Made by a program: the position numbers and the translations under genes. This document shows positions 17,842 to 27,879 of a stretch of DNA of 54,579 bases, piece after piece (position 1 is the stretch's first letter; each line of letters begins with the position of its first letter). The notes beneath the pieces are model-generated. The model was not told the DNA's origin. It worked only from the letters and a program-made list of their open reading frames with translations, and did no database searches. Origin of the DNA: Oscillospiraceae bacterium (lineage in GTDB: Bacteria > Bacillota > Clostridia > Oscillospirales > Ruminococcaceae); the NCBI GenBank assembly GCA_019413245.1, contig DXNX01000001.1, positions 1-54,579 of the forward strand. Direction: 5' to 3'.

Positions 17842-18809
17842 TATAGTACCTCCTCCTGATTGGAACCATTCAGTGCGGCGGCCTCACGCTTCCAGCGCTC
17901 AGCCTGCTGCAGCTTGAACTCAAAATCACGGGCGTCCTGCGCCAGCAGACTGGACAGGATCACACCCGAAATGAACAACAAAAGTGCCGCGACCATGCCG
18001 CAGGTGCAAACGATGAGGGTCGGGAAGCGGGGCACCAGACCGGTGCGCAGATATTCCGCCACCACCGGTACCATAAACCCGGCACTGACCAGAGCAAGAA
18101 GCACCGCCAGCGTGGTAAAGAACGCGAACGGGCGATAATTTTTATACAATCTGGCGATGGTCCGCAGCACCTTGGCGCCGTCGCTGTATGTGTTCAGCTT
18201 GGAAACGCTCCCCTGCGGGCGGTCCCGGTATTCGATGACCACATTCTCGATCTGCATCCGGCGTTCCACCGCATGGATGGACATTTCGGTTTCGATCTCA
18301 AACCCCCGGGACAAAACCGGATAGGTCTTGACGAACCGGAAGCTGAAAGCCCGGTAGCCGGTCATGATGTCCTGAATCTGGCTGCCGAACAGGCGGTTGA
18401 TGGAAAACCGCACCAGACTGTTGCCGAAATTATGGAAAGGACGCTTGTTCTCTGTAAAATAGGTACTGGAGAGTCGGTCTCCCACCACCATATCAGCGCC
18501 ACGCTCCAGCACAGGGTGCACCATATCAGGGGCCGCAGTGGCCGGATAGGTGTCGTCGCCGTCCACCAGCAGGTAACATTCGGCGTCGATTTCCCGGAAC
18601 ATCCGGCGCAGCACGTTGCCCTTGCCCTGCTGGTATTCATGGCGTACCACTGCACCGGCCGCTGCGGCCAGCTCGGCAGTGCGGTCGGTGGAGTTGTTGT
18701 CATAGACATAGATCGTCGCCCCCGGCAGCACGGCACGGTAGTCAGCCACCACCTTGGCAACGGTCTTTTCCTCGTTATAACAGGGGATCAGCACCGCGAT
18801 CTTATCCAT
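17841..18809 (-). CDS. GT2 polyprenol-phosphate glycosyltransferase (GtrB/DPM-like)
   Basis: IPCYNEE, DNNSTD, VDGDDTY, GYRAFS, GFEIETE; two C-terminal TM helices. Confidence 0.88.
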   Translation of the reverse strand: MDKIAVLIPCYNEEKTVAKVVADYRAVLPGATIYVYDNNSTDRTAELAAAAGAVVRHEYQQGKGNVLRRMFREIDAECYLLVDGDDTYPATAAPDMVHPVLERGADMVVGDRLSSTYFTENKRPFHNFGNSLVRFSINRLFGSQIQDIMTGYRAFSFRFVKTYPVLSRGFEIETEMSIHAVERRMQIENVVIEYRDRPQGSVSKLNTYSDGAKVLRTIARLYKNYRPFAFFTTLAVLLALVSAGFMVPVVAEYLRTGLVPRFPTLIVCTCGMVAALLLFISGVILSSLLAQDARDFEFKLQQAERWKREAAALNGSNQEEVL

Positions 18810-18826
18810 ACCCTTTGTCCCCTTTC

Positions 18827-19879
18827 TCACTGGGCGGCGAAACGGCGGATCTCATCCAGCCAGAAAGCAGCCGTCACCGGCCAGCTGTACTTTTGCAGAA
18901 TCTTCTGCGGCGGTTCCACCGGGCGGGCCATCAGCTCGTCCAGGTCCACATCATAATCGTACGGATCAAAATACCGCACGGTGTCGCCGTACAGTTCCGG
19001 CAGGCAGGAGGCATTGGAAACCGCCACCTGGGCACCCAGGCTGAGGGCTTCCAGCGGCGGAATACCGAACCCTTCAAACACCGCCGGATGCAGGAAAGCC
19101 CGGCAGTTCTGCATCAGGGCTTTGTTTTCCCCGTCCGAGACATATCCGGGATAATGCAGGTTCCCGGCACTGACTGCGTTTTCATCGTCCCCGAATGCTG
19201 CCAGGTCCTTGCCGCCGGCCACCACAAAGGTCTTGTCCGGGTTGCGGGCCGCCACTTCCCGGATCCACTTGTAATTCTTGTGTCCGGCCAGGCTGCCCAG
19301 AGCATAAAAGTACTCGCCCTTACGCACACCGGGCAGCTTATCGAACACCGATTCGTCCGGTTCCACCGGCTGCAGATGCTCCCAGCCGTTGTAGGTCAGG
19401 CCAATGCGGGCGGTGGGGATATGCAGGGTTTTGGCAATGAGCTGACGCTGGTTGTCGCTGACGGTATACACCCGCTGGGCAAAAGCCCGGATGCTCAGGC
19501 AATGCACCCAGAACTTGAACCGGAAAAAAGCCCGGTCGGTATTCATGACCAGAGGGCGGATGTCGTGCAGGACCACAGCGCTGGGACGGCCCATGAGCAT
19601 ATCACTGGCCAGGCCCAGGTAAAAAGCATCGTGTTTGCGCACATAATGAGGCAGTACAAACAGATTGTAGCTGTATTTCACTGCCTTGAGGGGCACGATC
19701 TGAATATTTTTCAGCGGCGGCAGATGCAACGGGCGGCCGTTATCCCGGTAGCACAGCCGCACATCCAGTCCCGTTCCGGTGAGCAGCTCATCCAGGCGTG
19801 TCACGACCTCATAGACATAGCGCGGAATGCCCGTGATAGGGTCACACAACACTGTGCCGTTGATCACGATGGGTCTCAA
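18827..19879 (-). CDS. GT4 glycosyltransferase
   Basis: TGIPRY, HKN, EGFGIPPLEA; TTG start. Confidence 0.9.
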   Translation of the reverse strand: MRPIVINGTVLCDPITGIPRYVYEVVTRLDELLTGTGLDVRLCYRDNGRPLHLPPLKNIQIVPLKAVKYSYNLFVLPHYVRKHDAFYLGLASDMLMGRPSAVVLHDIRPLVMNTDRAFFRFKFWVHCLSIRAFAQRVYTVSDNQRQLIAKTLHIPTARIGLTYNGWEHLQPVEPDESVFDKLPGVRKGEYFYALGSLAGHKNYKWIREVAARNPDKTFVVAGGKDLAAFGDDENAVSAGNLHYPGYVSDGENKALMQNCRAFLHPAVFEGFGIPPLEALSLGAQVAVSNASCLPELYGDTVRYFDPYDYDVDLDELMARPVEPPQKILQKYSWPVTAAFWLDEIRRFAAQ

Positions 19880-21030
19880 AATGTTTCCTCCTTCGGCAGA
19901 TGGGCGCAGTCGTGCAGTTCACGGCGCCAATCTTCTACGCGGCGGGCGCAGTACTCCCGCAGCTGCGCTTCAAAGCGCTCCTCACTGAAACGGAGGCTGT
20001 GAGCGCGGATCTCTTCTTTGGTACAGGCCACCCCTTCGGCCTCGAATTTTTCAATGCATTCGGCCAGGCTGTCCACCGTCTGTGCGTGGAACAGCAGACC
20101 GGTACGGCCGTCCACCACCGTTTCACAGGCGCCGCCGCGGCCGTAGGCCAGCACCGGGGTACCGGCACTCTGGGCTTCCACCGGGGTGATGCCGAAATCC
20201 TCTTCCCCGGGGAACAGAAATGCCTTGGCGCGCAGATAGTAGCTGCGGACTTCCTCATCCGAAAGGCCGCCGCCCTTGAATTCCACCGTGGGTCCGGCCA
20301 TGGAACGCAGGCGCTTTTCTTCGTCTCCGGTCCCGATGACCACCAGCCGACGGCCCAGTCTGGTGCAGGCTGCCACAGCCAGGTCCATGCGCTTGTACCA
20401 GGTAAAGCGGCCCACCACCAGGTAAAAGTCCTCTTTTTCCACAAAAGGACTCTGGTTGATGTGCACACAGGGATAGATCACGTCGCTGTCGCGGCGGTAA
20501 TATTTCTTGATGCGCTGGGCAATGTAGCAGGAATTGGCGATAAAATAATCTACCCGGTCGGCGGCACACTTGTCCCACTGACGCAGCTTGTGCATCTGGC
20601 TGGGCATCACAGCCCGCACCAGGGGATTGGCGTTATCCCGATAGGTATAGTAAAAATCCCACACATACCGGATAGGCGTATGGCAGTAGCAGATATGCAC
20701 CGCATCCGGCCGGGTGATGACCCCCTTGCTGCAGGACGAGGAGGAGGACAGCACCAGGTCGTATTCCGAAAGATCCAGCGCCTCAAAGGCACCGGGCATC
20801 AGCGGCAGCAGCTTTTTGTACAGCTTGGTGGCGAAAGGGATCTTCTGCACCCAGGTGGTACGGATGTCATAGTTCCGGAACCAGGAAGGCATCTTCTTTT
20901 TGTCGTACACAAGGGTATAGATGGGGGCGTCCGGGAACACATGGTGCATACAGTCCACCACGCGGTCGGCGCCCGCATACGACACCAGCCAGTCGTGCAC
21001 AATGGCGACCTTGAGCTTGTTGTTTTGCAT
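19876..21030 (-). CDS. GT4 glycosyltransferase (WbaZ-like mannosyltransferase)
   Basis: AIVHDWL, CYCHTPIRY, EDFGITPVEAQSAG. Confidence 0.9.
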   Translation of the reverse strand: MQNNKLKVAIVHDWLVSYAGADRVVDCMHHVFPDAPIYTLVYDKKKMPSWFRNYDIRTTWVQKIPFATKLYKKLLPLMPGAFEALDLSEYDLVLSSSSSCSKGVITRPDAVHICYCHTPIRYVWDFYYTYRDNANPLVRAVMPSQMHKLRQWDKCAADRVDYFIANSCYIAQRIKKYYRRDSDVIYPCVHINQSPFVEKEDFYLVVGRFTWYKRMDLAVAACTRLGRRLVVIGTGDEEKRLRSMAGPTVEFKGGGLSDEEVRSYYLRAKAFLFPGEEDFGITPVEAQSAGTPVLAYGRGGACETVVDGRTGLLFHAQTVDSLAECIEKFEAEGVACTKEEIRAHSLRFSEERFEAQLREYCARRVEDWRRELHDCAHLPKEETF

Positions 21031-21066
21031 TAGCTGCCTCCTTATGGGTTTGACGAACCGGGCAGT

Positions 21067-22473
21067 TCAGACAAGTTTTTCGTCGTTGATCATCTTGCCG
21101 CCGAAAGCGGTACGGAAAATGATCTTGATATCCAAAGCCAGGGTCCAGTTTTCGATATACCAGATATCGTACCGGATGCGCTCGGCAATGTCGGTATCTC
21201 CGCGCAGACCGTTGACCTGGGCCCAGCCGGTCACGCCGGGGCGCACCTGCTGGCGGACCAGGTAGCGGGGGATCTCCTCCTTGAAGTGCTCCACATGGAA
21301 AGGCACTTCCGGCCGGGGGCCCACCAGGCTCATATCCCCTTTCAGCACGTTGAAGAACTGGGGCAGCTCGTCCAGGCTGAACTTGCGGATAAAGCTGCCG
21401 AACCGGGTCTTGCGCGGGTCGGAGTTGGTGCTCCATCCGGTCTTTTCATCCGTGTTCACACGCATGGACCGGAACTTGTACATCATGAATTCTTTTTTGT
21501 TCAGGCCAACCCGCTTCTGGCAGAAGATGACAGGGCCGGGGCTGGACAATTTGACGCCGATGGCCACCGCCAGCATAACGGGGCTGGTCAGGATAATCAG
21601 GAACAGACTGCCCACCACATCAAAGAACCGCTTGGCAAAGGCGTTGAGAATGTTGTCGAAGGGCGTCTGACGCACGTTGATCAGCTTACAGCTGCCCAGC
21701 ACGTCGATGGTGGGCCGGGCCGGCAGATAGTCATTGTAAAAAGGCAGCATGGTGATGCGCAGGCCCTGCTTGTCGCAGGCGGCCAGCGCATGAGGAATCA
21801 TCTGCATTTCCTCCGCGTCCAGCGCGATGACCACTTCCTCAATGCCCGGGTCGCTGAGGACCTCATCCAACTTGGCATACGGGCCTTTGTAGTCCGCTTT
21901 CAGGTCCGGATTGGGCGTATCGGACAGATAGCCGTCCACGCAGTAGCCATAATAAGGATTCTGTTCCAGGGACAGCAGATACTGGGCTGCCGCCTTGCCG
22001 CCGCCCACCAGCAGAACGTGGTGGAAGTCCAGTCCCTGGCGATGGCGCCAGCGGTCGTAGTAACGGCGGACCAGGCGCTTGATGACCAGGAAGCCGGTAC
22101 CGAACACATAGAACAGAATGACGACCAGACGGGAAAAGTTGACCACACGGAACTGATACAAAAGGGCTTCAAACCCCAGGATGCAGACCGCGTTGACCAG
22201 AAGGATCAGACGGCAGCGGCGCCAGAAGCCCCGCAGGCGGGAAGCATCATACAACCCGCACAGCCAGAACACCGCTACGGCCGCCACCGCATACACCGCA
22301 CCGGCAAAAACGGTCTCCTGGGCAATGTCCAGGGCAGGGCCGGCACCGCCGGGCTGAAAGTAGCGCAGATAATTGAACCGCAGATGATTGGCCAAAAGAT
22401 ACGCCGCAAACAGCAGCACCATGTCCAGCAGGCTGCTGAAACAGGCGCGGATGCGTTTGTTTTTTTCAAGCAT
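21067..22473 (-). CDS. Undecaprenyl-phosphate sugar phosphotransferase (WcaJ/CpsE type)
   Basis: N-terminal TM helices; KFRSM, SLDELPQFFNVLKGDMSLVGPRP, PGVTGWAQVNG, DIWYIENW. Confidence 0.93.
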   Translation of the reverse strand: MLEKNKRIRACFSSLLDMVLLFAAYLLANHLRFNYLRYFQPGGAGPALDIAQETVFAGAVYAVAAVAVFWLCGLYDASRLRGFWRRCRLILLVNAVCILGFEALLYQFRVVNFSRLVVILFYVFGTGFLVIKRLVRRYYDRWRHRQGLDFHHVLLVGGGKAAAQYLLSLEQNPYYGYCVDGYLSDTPNPDLKADYKGPYAKLDEVLSDPGIEEVVIALDAEEMQMIPHALAACDKQGLRITMLPFYNDYLPARPTIDVLGSCKLINVRQTPFDNILNAFAKRFFDVVGSLFLIILTSPVMLAVAIGVKLSSPGPVIFCQKRVGLNKKEFMMYKFRSMRVNTDEKTGWSTNSDPRKTRFGSFIRKFSLDELPQFFNVLKGDMSLVGPRPEVPFHVEHFKEEIPRYLVRQQVRPGVTGWAQVNGLRGDTDIAERIRYDIWYIENWTLALDIKIIFRTAFGGKMINDEKLV

Positions 22474-22528
22474 ACCGGCGGCTCCTTTCGCGGCAAATTC
22501 GAAAATACGTGATAAATGGCATTACTAT

Positions 22529-22557
22529 AGAATACCACACTCCCGCCCAGGTTGCAA
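22529..22557 (-). promoter_or_regulatory. SigA-type promoter for glycan cluster
   Basis: TTGCAA-N17-TATTCT with extended TG. Confidence 0.6.
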
Positions 22558-22585
22558 GGCAGCCCGCGGGGCAGGGCTGGGCAGG

Positions 22586-24658
22586 TCATTCAAAGAAGTA
22601 TTCCCAGTCAAAGTAGGTGGCTTCCACCATGGCACTGTTCACCGTGACATTGGCCGCATCCTGCGGCAGCGCTTCCAGGGTGATGACCCCCACCCCGTTG
22701 GAGATGGTCACAGGCACATTGTAGACGCTGCGGTCGGTGGGCAGGAAGAAGTTGCCCTGGTCCGGGTCCCGGTCCGCCGCCGTGCACAATTCGTTTTCGG
22801 TAACGGCGGTATAGAACAGGAAACTGTGCAGACCGCCCCGCAGGGCATATCCGCTGTCCACACCGAAGGTATAGTCCAGCGCCACATCCGCCACGCCGCA
22901 GAAGGTGGGGTCTTCTGCCGTGACGGTGATGGTCACGGTCTTGCCATCCTGGGCCACATCCACCGTACAGGGCTGAGCCAGGTCGTTGCAGACCCCTGTC
23001 TTTTCCCAGAACAGGTGCATGCCGCCGCTGTTGTAGGTGTTGGCCACCGGGCTCCACCAGCGGTACAGTTCCCGGTAGAACCACCAGTTGGCGTTGCGGC
23101 TCCAGCGTTCGGACAGGGCCACCTTGGCGCTGGGCGTAACTACACGGTCAAAGGTACCGGTCTGGAAGGTCGTCAGGTACGCCAGACGCTGCCGGTCCCC
23201 CATGGCGTGGATGATGTAGTCCACGCCGGTGGGCTGCAGCTGGCCGGTCATGGCTTCCAGCGCGCTGGAATAGGTACCGAAGAGGGTCTTTCCCTCATTC
23301 ATGGCCTTTTCAGTGGCCAGCTTGTCCGCTTGGTCCCCGAACCAGCCGCCCAGTTCAGGCACATAGGTCAGATCCCCGTGTCCGCCCAGGCGGCTCTGCA
23401 CCTGGTCGTTCATGCCCACAGCCAGCACCGCACAGGCGAACACAGCACAGACGATGCCTCCGGCCCGGGTCAGGACCCGGACAGGCTTCCGGGACCCGGC
23501 CGGCAGACGTGCCGCCGCCCAGAACAGGGCCCGCAGCACAAACAGCGGCAGCAAAATGGCCAGCAGCGCCTGCGCGCCGCCGGTGGGGCCGCCCTCCCGG
23601 GAGCCGGACAGGATACAGTACAGAAGATTCCACAAAGGCATGCCCAGGCACAGAGCGAACCCGGCCGCCGCCAGCACTGCCGAACGGGCGCTGCGGCAGC
23701 GGAAGATGCCCACCGCAAACAGAACGGCCAGAATCAGGCAGACCGCACCGGCTTTCTGCGGAATGTAGTCGGTCAGGTAGCACAGTTTGCCGTCCGCGGA
23801 GGTGCCGTAGTACCACCCCTGAAAGGAGCTGACGCCCCGGGTCTGCTGCAGCCAGGCGACAGGGTGCCCCCAGCTGATGAGCAGCACCGACACGCCCAGC
23901 CCCACACAGCTGATGAGAATGTACTGTCCCACCCGGACCAGGACCTTTTTCCAGGCGGTCCCGTACTGCCGCAGCAGAAACAGCCCGTACCCCAAGGCCA
24001 CGGAAATATACATGGCAGCGCCCATGTCATTGCTCCAGGGCACCAGGAAACCGGCCACCGCCGGCACGAGCACCCAAGGGGCGACGGCCCTGCCCCGCCG
24101 GGAGATGCGCTCCCGGTACGCCCAGAGCTGCAGCCCCAGCAGAATCACCAGAATGGTAAGAGTCAGGGCGGCGCCGCGCATCATGCGGGCGCTGTTGCCG
24201 TTGCGGGCCGCGTATTCGATGAGCGGACGCAGCTGCACCTGGAATGGTACCGCCACATCGTGGGCCACCAGCAGGAAGTAGGCGCTCAGAGCCGGGCAGG
24301 CAAACAAAGCCCGCTTACCCCGGCCCAGCACCACCAGACTGGCGGCCAGAATCAGCAGTTCAAAGTAAAACCAGGTGCAGAAGTTGGTGGCAAACACACT
24401 GCGGCCGAAGCTGTTGCCCAGAATCAGCAGCAGACTGCCCACACTGTACAGTTCCCCGGCCCCCAGATACACCGCGAAATCCTTGTAGGGGGCCTGTCCG
24501 GCCAGCAGGTGCCGCACCGGGTTGTAGTTCTGGAAATCGCCGTTCATGATCTCATAGCTGGCGTCAAAGTTGGCATCCAGACCATGGATCGCCGCCAGCC
24601 CTGCCAGAACTGCCACGACCAGCACCCAGGGAAGGACTCTTTTCAGGGTTTGTTTCAA
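22586..24658 (-). CDS. Large polytopic membrane protein with extracytoplasmic C-terminal domain (possible GT-C fold)
   Basis: About 10-12 hydrophobic segments; first-loop GDFQNYNP..LLAGQAPYKDF; soluble C-terminal third; TTG start. Confidence 0.7.
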   Translation of the reverse strand: MKQTLKRVLPWVLVVAVLAGLAAIHGLDANFDASYEIMNGDFQNYNPVRHLLAGQAPYKDFAVYLGAGELYSVGSLLLILGNSFGRSVFATNFCTWFYFELLILAASLVVLGRGKRALFACPALSAYFLLVAHDVAVPFQVQLRPLIEYAARNGNSARMMRGAALTLTILVILLGLQLWAYRERISRRGRAVAPWVLVPAVAGFLVPWSNDMGAAMYISVALGYGLFLLRQYGTAWKKVLVRVGQYILISCVGLGVSVLLISWGHPVAWLQQTRGVSSFQGWYYGTSADGKLCYLTDYIPQKAGAVCLILAVLFAVGIFRCRSARSAVLAAAGFALCLGMPLWNLLYCILSGSREGGPTGGAQALLAILLPLFVLRALFWAAARLPAGSRKPVRVLTRAGGIVCAVFACAVLAVGMNDQVQSRLGGHGDLTYVPELGGWFGDQADKLATEKAMNEGKTLFGTYSSALEAMTGQLQPTGVDYIIHAMGDRQRLAYLTTFQTGTFDRVVTPSAKVALSERWSRNANWWFYRELYRWWSPVANTYNSGGMHLFWEKTGVCNDLAQPCTVDVAQDGKTVTITVTAEDPTFCGVADVALDYTFGVDSGYALRGGLHSFLFYTAVTENELCTAADRDPDQGNFFLPTDRSVYNVPVTISNGVGVITLEALPQDAANVTVNSAMVEATYFDWEYFFE

Positions 24659-24681
24659 GATTCAGGCTCTCCCTTCCCGCC

Positions 24682-25677
24682 TCAGCGGTAGATCGTTTGC
24701 AGGGTGTCCAGGGTCTTGCGCATCTCGGCGCGCACTTCGGCCGGGGTCAGGATCTCCACGCCGGTGCCGAACCCGGCCACCCAGCCGAAGAACTGCGGGC
24801 TGATCTGCACATCCACCGTGATGGTGAAATGCTCGCCGCCTGCACAGGGCACCAGGGTAGGACCGGTGCCGAACCGGTCGATCATAGCCCCGGCGAACCG
24901 GTTTTCGCACCGCAGGGTCACCTTTTTCAGCGGGCCGTTGAACATGCCGAACATCTGCTGGGTGTAGGCGTTCACATCAAAGGCCGCATATTCATCGGCG
25001 CCTTCCCGGGGGACATCGGGCAGAGGTTCCACCTTCTGCATCTTGTCCACCCGGTAGTGGCGCAGATGGCCCTCGGTATAGGCAATGAGATAATAGTTGC
25101 CGTTTTCCCACACCAGTGCCCAGGGGCTGACCCGATACAGCTGCCCGTTATGACGGGGTGTCATCTGCTTTTGCAGGTTCCAGTCGCAGTATTTGAACTG
25201 CACCTGCACCCCGGTGGTGATGGCCGTGTGCAAAGCATCCACACTGTACAGGATTTTTTCGTCCTGGCTCTTCACCCGGCCGGAAACCAGCACCGCGCGG
25301 TCCAGTTCCGCCTGGCGGTAGCGGGAGGTAAAGCGGCCCAGCTTTTCGATCAGCGTACGGCTCTTGCGGGCGGTGATGAACTTGCTGGCATACACAGCAT
25401 CCACCAGCAGCTTGAGTTCGGCGAACTCAAAGGGGGTATCGGTCATATAATACCCGCCGCCGCGGCCGCGCTGCTGCACGATCTCAAACGGGGCACCAGG
25501 GATGGCGTTGATGGTCTGGATGTCGTCATACACGCTCTTGCGCTCGGCATCCACACCGCGCTCCCGCAGCAGTTCCACCAGATGGGGCACACTCAGGGGA
25601 TGCTGCTCATCGGTCTCCCGGGAGAGGATCTCCAGCAGGGTCAACAGTTTCAGTTTTTGTCCTTCTTTGCGGGGCAT
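24682..25677 (-). CDS. WYL-domain transcriptional regulator (HTH-WYL-WCX)
   Basis: ERKSVYDDI HTH, SPWALVWENGNYYLIAY, HYRVDKM, FFGWVAGFG. Confidence 0.9.
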   Translation of the reverse strand: MPRKEGQKLKLLTLLEILSRETDEQHPLSVPHLVELLRERGVDAERKSVYDDIQTINAIPGAPFEIVQQRGRGGGYYMTDTPFEFAELKLLVDAVYASKFITARKSRTLIEKLGRFTSRYRQAELDRAVLVSGRVKSQDEKILYSVDALHTAITTGVQVQFKYCDWNLQKQMTPRHNGQLYRVSPWALVWENGNYYLIAYTEGHLRHYRVDKMQKVEPLPDVPREGADEYAAFDVNAYTQQMFGMFNGPLKKVTLRCENRFAGAMIDRFGTGPTLVPCAGGEHFTITVDVQISPQFFGWVAGFGTGVEILTPAEVRAEMRKTLDTLQTIYR

Positions 25678-25695
25678 AGCGGTCTCCTCCTCGCG

Positions 25696-26547
25696 TTATT
25701 TTTTGTCGAAGGCTTCCCGGCGTTGGGTGGAAAGGCGGAACATTTCTTCCAGCCCTTCCCTGTCCCCGGCTGCCAGACGGTCACGCAGCCGTTCCAGCGC
25801 CGCCGAGAACATATCGATCTCGCCGATCAGGTTATCCTTGTTCCACAAAAACAGTTCTGCCCACATCTTGTCGTTGATGCGTGCGATCCGTGTCAGGTCC
25901 CGGAACGAGTCGCCGGTGTAGCAGGCCAGTTCGGTGTTGTCGGACGCGCACATCAGGCAGACGGCGATGGCATGGCACAGCTGGCTCACATAGCCGATCA
26001 TGCGGTCATGTTCCGCGGGGGTCAGGGTGGTGATGCGGGCAAAGCCCAGCACCCTGGCCAGCTCGGTACACCATGCGATGGCTTCAGGGGTATTTTTATC
26101 GGTGGGGGTGATGATGAAGTTGGCGGGGGCAAAATCCACCTCGGCACTATGGGTGATGCCGCTGGTCTCCCGCCCGGCCATGGGATGGCTGGCAATGAAT
26201 TCCACGCCTTCGGGCATCATGGCCTGCACCGGTCCCACCACGCCGCGCTTGACGCCGGACACATCGGTGACCAGGGTGCCGGGGCGCAGCAGATGGCCGT
26301 ATTCCTGCACCCAGTCCAGGAATGCGGTGGGATACAGGCCGAAAATGACCCGGTCCGCCCCGGTGACCAGCGCTTCAAAATCGTGGTCGGCACCGGCGCA
26401 GATATATTCCTTTTCCAGGGCCCAGGCCACAGCGGCGGGGTCCTTGTCGATACCGGTGACCCGGTATCCCTTGCCCGAGAGCACCTGGGCGTATTTGCCG
26501 CCCAGCAGTCCCAGGCCGACGATGAGATAGGTATGGCTGTGTTCCAT
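25696..26547 (-). CDS. tyrA: Prephenate dehydrogenase
   Basis: GLGLLGG, SHPMAGRE, EHDRMIGYVSQLCH, GDSFRDLTRIA. Confidence 0.93.
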   Translation of the reverse strand: MEHSHTYLIVGLGLLGGKYAQVLSGKGYRVTGIDKDPAAVAWALEKEYICAGADHDFEALVTGADRVIFGLYPTAFLDWVQEYGHLLRPGTLVTDVSGVKRGVVGPVQAMMPEGVEFIASHPMAGRETSGITHSAEVDFAPANFIITPTDKNTPEAIAWCTELARVLGFARITTLTPAEHDRMIGYVSQLCHAIAVCLMCASDNTELACYTGDSFRDLTRIARINDKMWAELFLWNKDNLIGEIDMFSAALERLRDRLAAGDREGLEEMFRLSTQRREAFDKK

Positions 26548-26556
26548 GGAAATTTC

Positions 26557-27846
26557 TCACTCACTTTCCACAAGGTCGATCCTGGCGCCCAGAGAGCGTA
26601 CGACCTCAAAGAAATCCGGCCAGCTCTTGCGCACGGCCTCGGCACCGTGAATGGTAGCCGGAATCCCGGCCGCCAGGGCCGCTACTGTCAGCGCCATGAC
26701 GATACGGTGGTCGTTGTGGCCCAGCAGGGGCTTTTCGGGGGCATGCAGCACCCCGCCCAGCACGTTGACGGTGTCCCCGATGGCCTGCACCCGGCCGCCC
26801 ATCTTGGCCAGTTCCTGCTGCATGGCGGCAATCCGGTCGGATTCCTTGATGCGCAGGCGTCCGGCGTTGCGGATGGTGGTGGTACCGTTGCAGAAACAGC
26901 CCATGGCGATGAGCACCGGGCCCAGGTCCGGGCAGTCGGCCAGGTCGATGTCCCCGCCTTTGAGCAGGCTGCGGGAGAACCGCAGCCCCGTGGCGGTGTT
27001 GGCGTACTTGCCGCCGAACCGCTTGAGGATATCCAGAATGACCCGGTCCCCCTGACGGCTGACGGTGTCCAGACCGGTCACCGTGATGCCGCCCATGAGC
27101 ACTCCCAGCACCGCCAGGAAAGCGGCCTGGCTGTAATCCCCTTCCACCCGCATATCGCAGGGCAGATACCGCTGGGGCGCGGCGATGCGGTAGATGACCC
27201 CGCCGTTTTTCCGGGCGCGCTGGGTCACCTTGACGCCGAACCGCTGCAAAGAAGCGATGGTCAGGTCCACATAACTGCGGCGCTCAAAGGGCGGCAGCAC
27301 ATCGATGGTGGTTTCGGATTCCAGCAGCGGCGCCGCGAACAGCAGTCCGCTGATGAACTGGCTGGACACATCCCCGGGCAGGGTCAGTCCGCCGGGGCGC
27401 AGCCGTCCAAAAACGGTGATGCCCTCGGAATCCTGTTCAAACCGAAGTCCCTGCCGGTTGAACAGCATGCGGTACACTTCCTGGGGGCGGTCCATCAGCC
27501 GCCCGGCACCGGTAAAGCGGATCTTCTGGGCGGTGAGGCTGAACAGCGGGATCAGAAAGCGCAGGGTGCTGCCGCTCTCATTGCAGAAAACAGGCCGGGT
27601 GACGGTGGGAAAGCCGTCCGAGCCGATGCCCTTGATGACGACGGCGTGCTCCTCCTGCTCCACGCGGGCGCCCAGCTGGCACACCGCACCCAGAGTGGCA
27701 CGGATATCGTCCGAATATTCAATGTTGTCAATGCGGCTGGTACCGCCGGCCAGCGCCGCGCACAGAACAGCCCGGTGTGCCGCGCTTTTGCTGGGCGGCA
27801 CGTTGGCCGTACCGGAAAGACGGCTGGCATGCAGGATTGCGTCCAA
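26557..27846 (-). CDS. aroA: EPSP synthase
   Basis: PPSKSAAHR, NESGSTLRF, SSQFISGLL, KESDR, DHRIVMA, KSWPDF. Confidence 0.96.
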   Translation of the reverse strand: MDAILHASRLSGTANVPPSKSAAHRAVLCAALAGGTSRIDNIEYSDDIRATLGAVCQLGARVEQEEHAVVIKGIGSDGFPTVTRPVFCNESGSTLRFLIPLFSLTAQKIRFTGAGRLMDRPQEVYRMLFNRQGLRFEQDSEGITVFGRLRPGGLTLPGDVSSQFISGLLFAAPLLESETTIDVLPPFERRSYVDLTIASLQRFGVKVTQRARKNGGVIYRIAAPQRYLPCDMRVEGDYSQAAFLAVLGVLMGGITVTGLDTVSRQGDRVILDILKRFGGKYANTATGLRFSRSLLKGGDIDLADCPDLGPVLIAMGCFCNGTTTIRNAGRLRIKESDRIAAMQQELAKMGGRVQAIGDTVNVLGGVLHAPEKPLLGHNDHRIVMALTVAALAAGIPATIHGAEAVRKSWPDFFEVVRSLGARIDLVESE

Positions 27847-27879
27847 ACTGACACCACCTTTTGTAATGAGAAATAGAGG

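Noticed and set aside
24697..27876. 1059-aa plus-strand ORF, and similar long ORFs at 28923-31760, 22388-24691, 11324-13600, 37708-39921, 43447-45435, 47516-49744
   Set aside because: Antisense shadows of well-supported minus-strand genes in high-GC DNA; no recognisable motifs or RBS.
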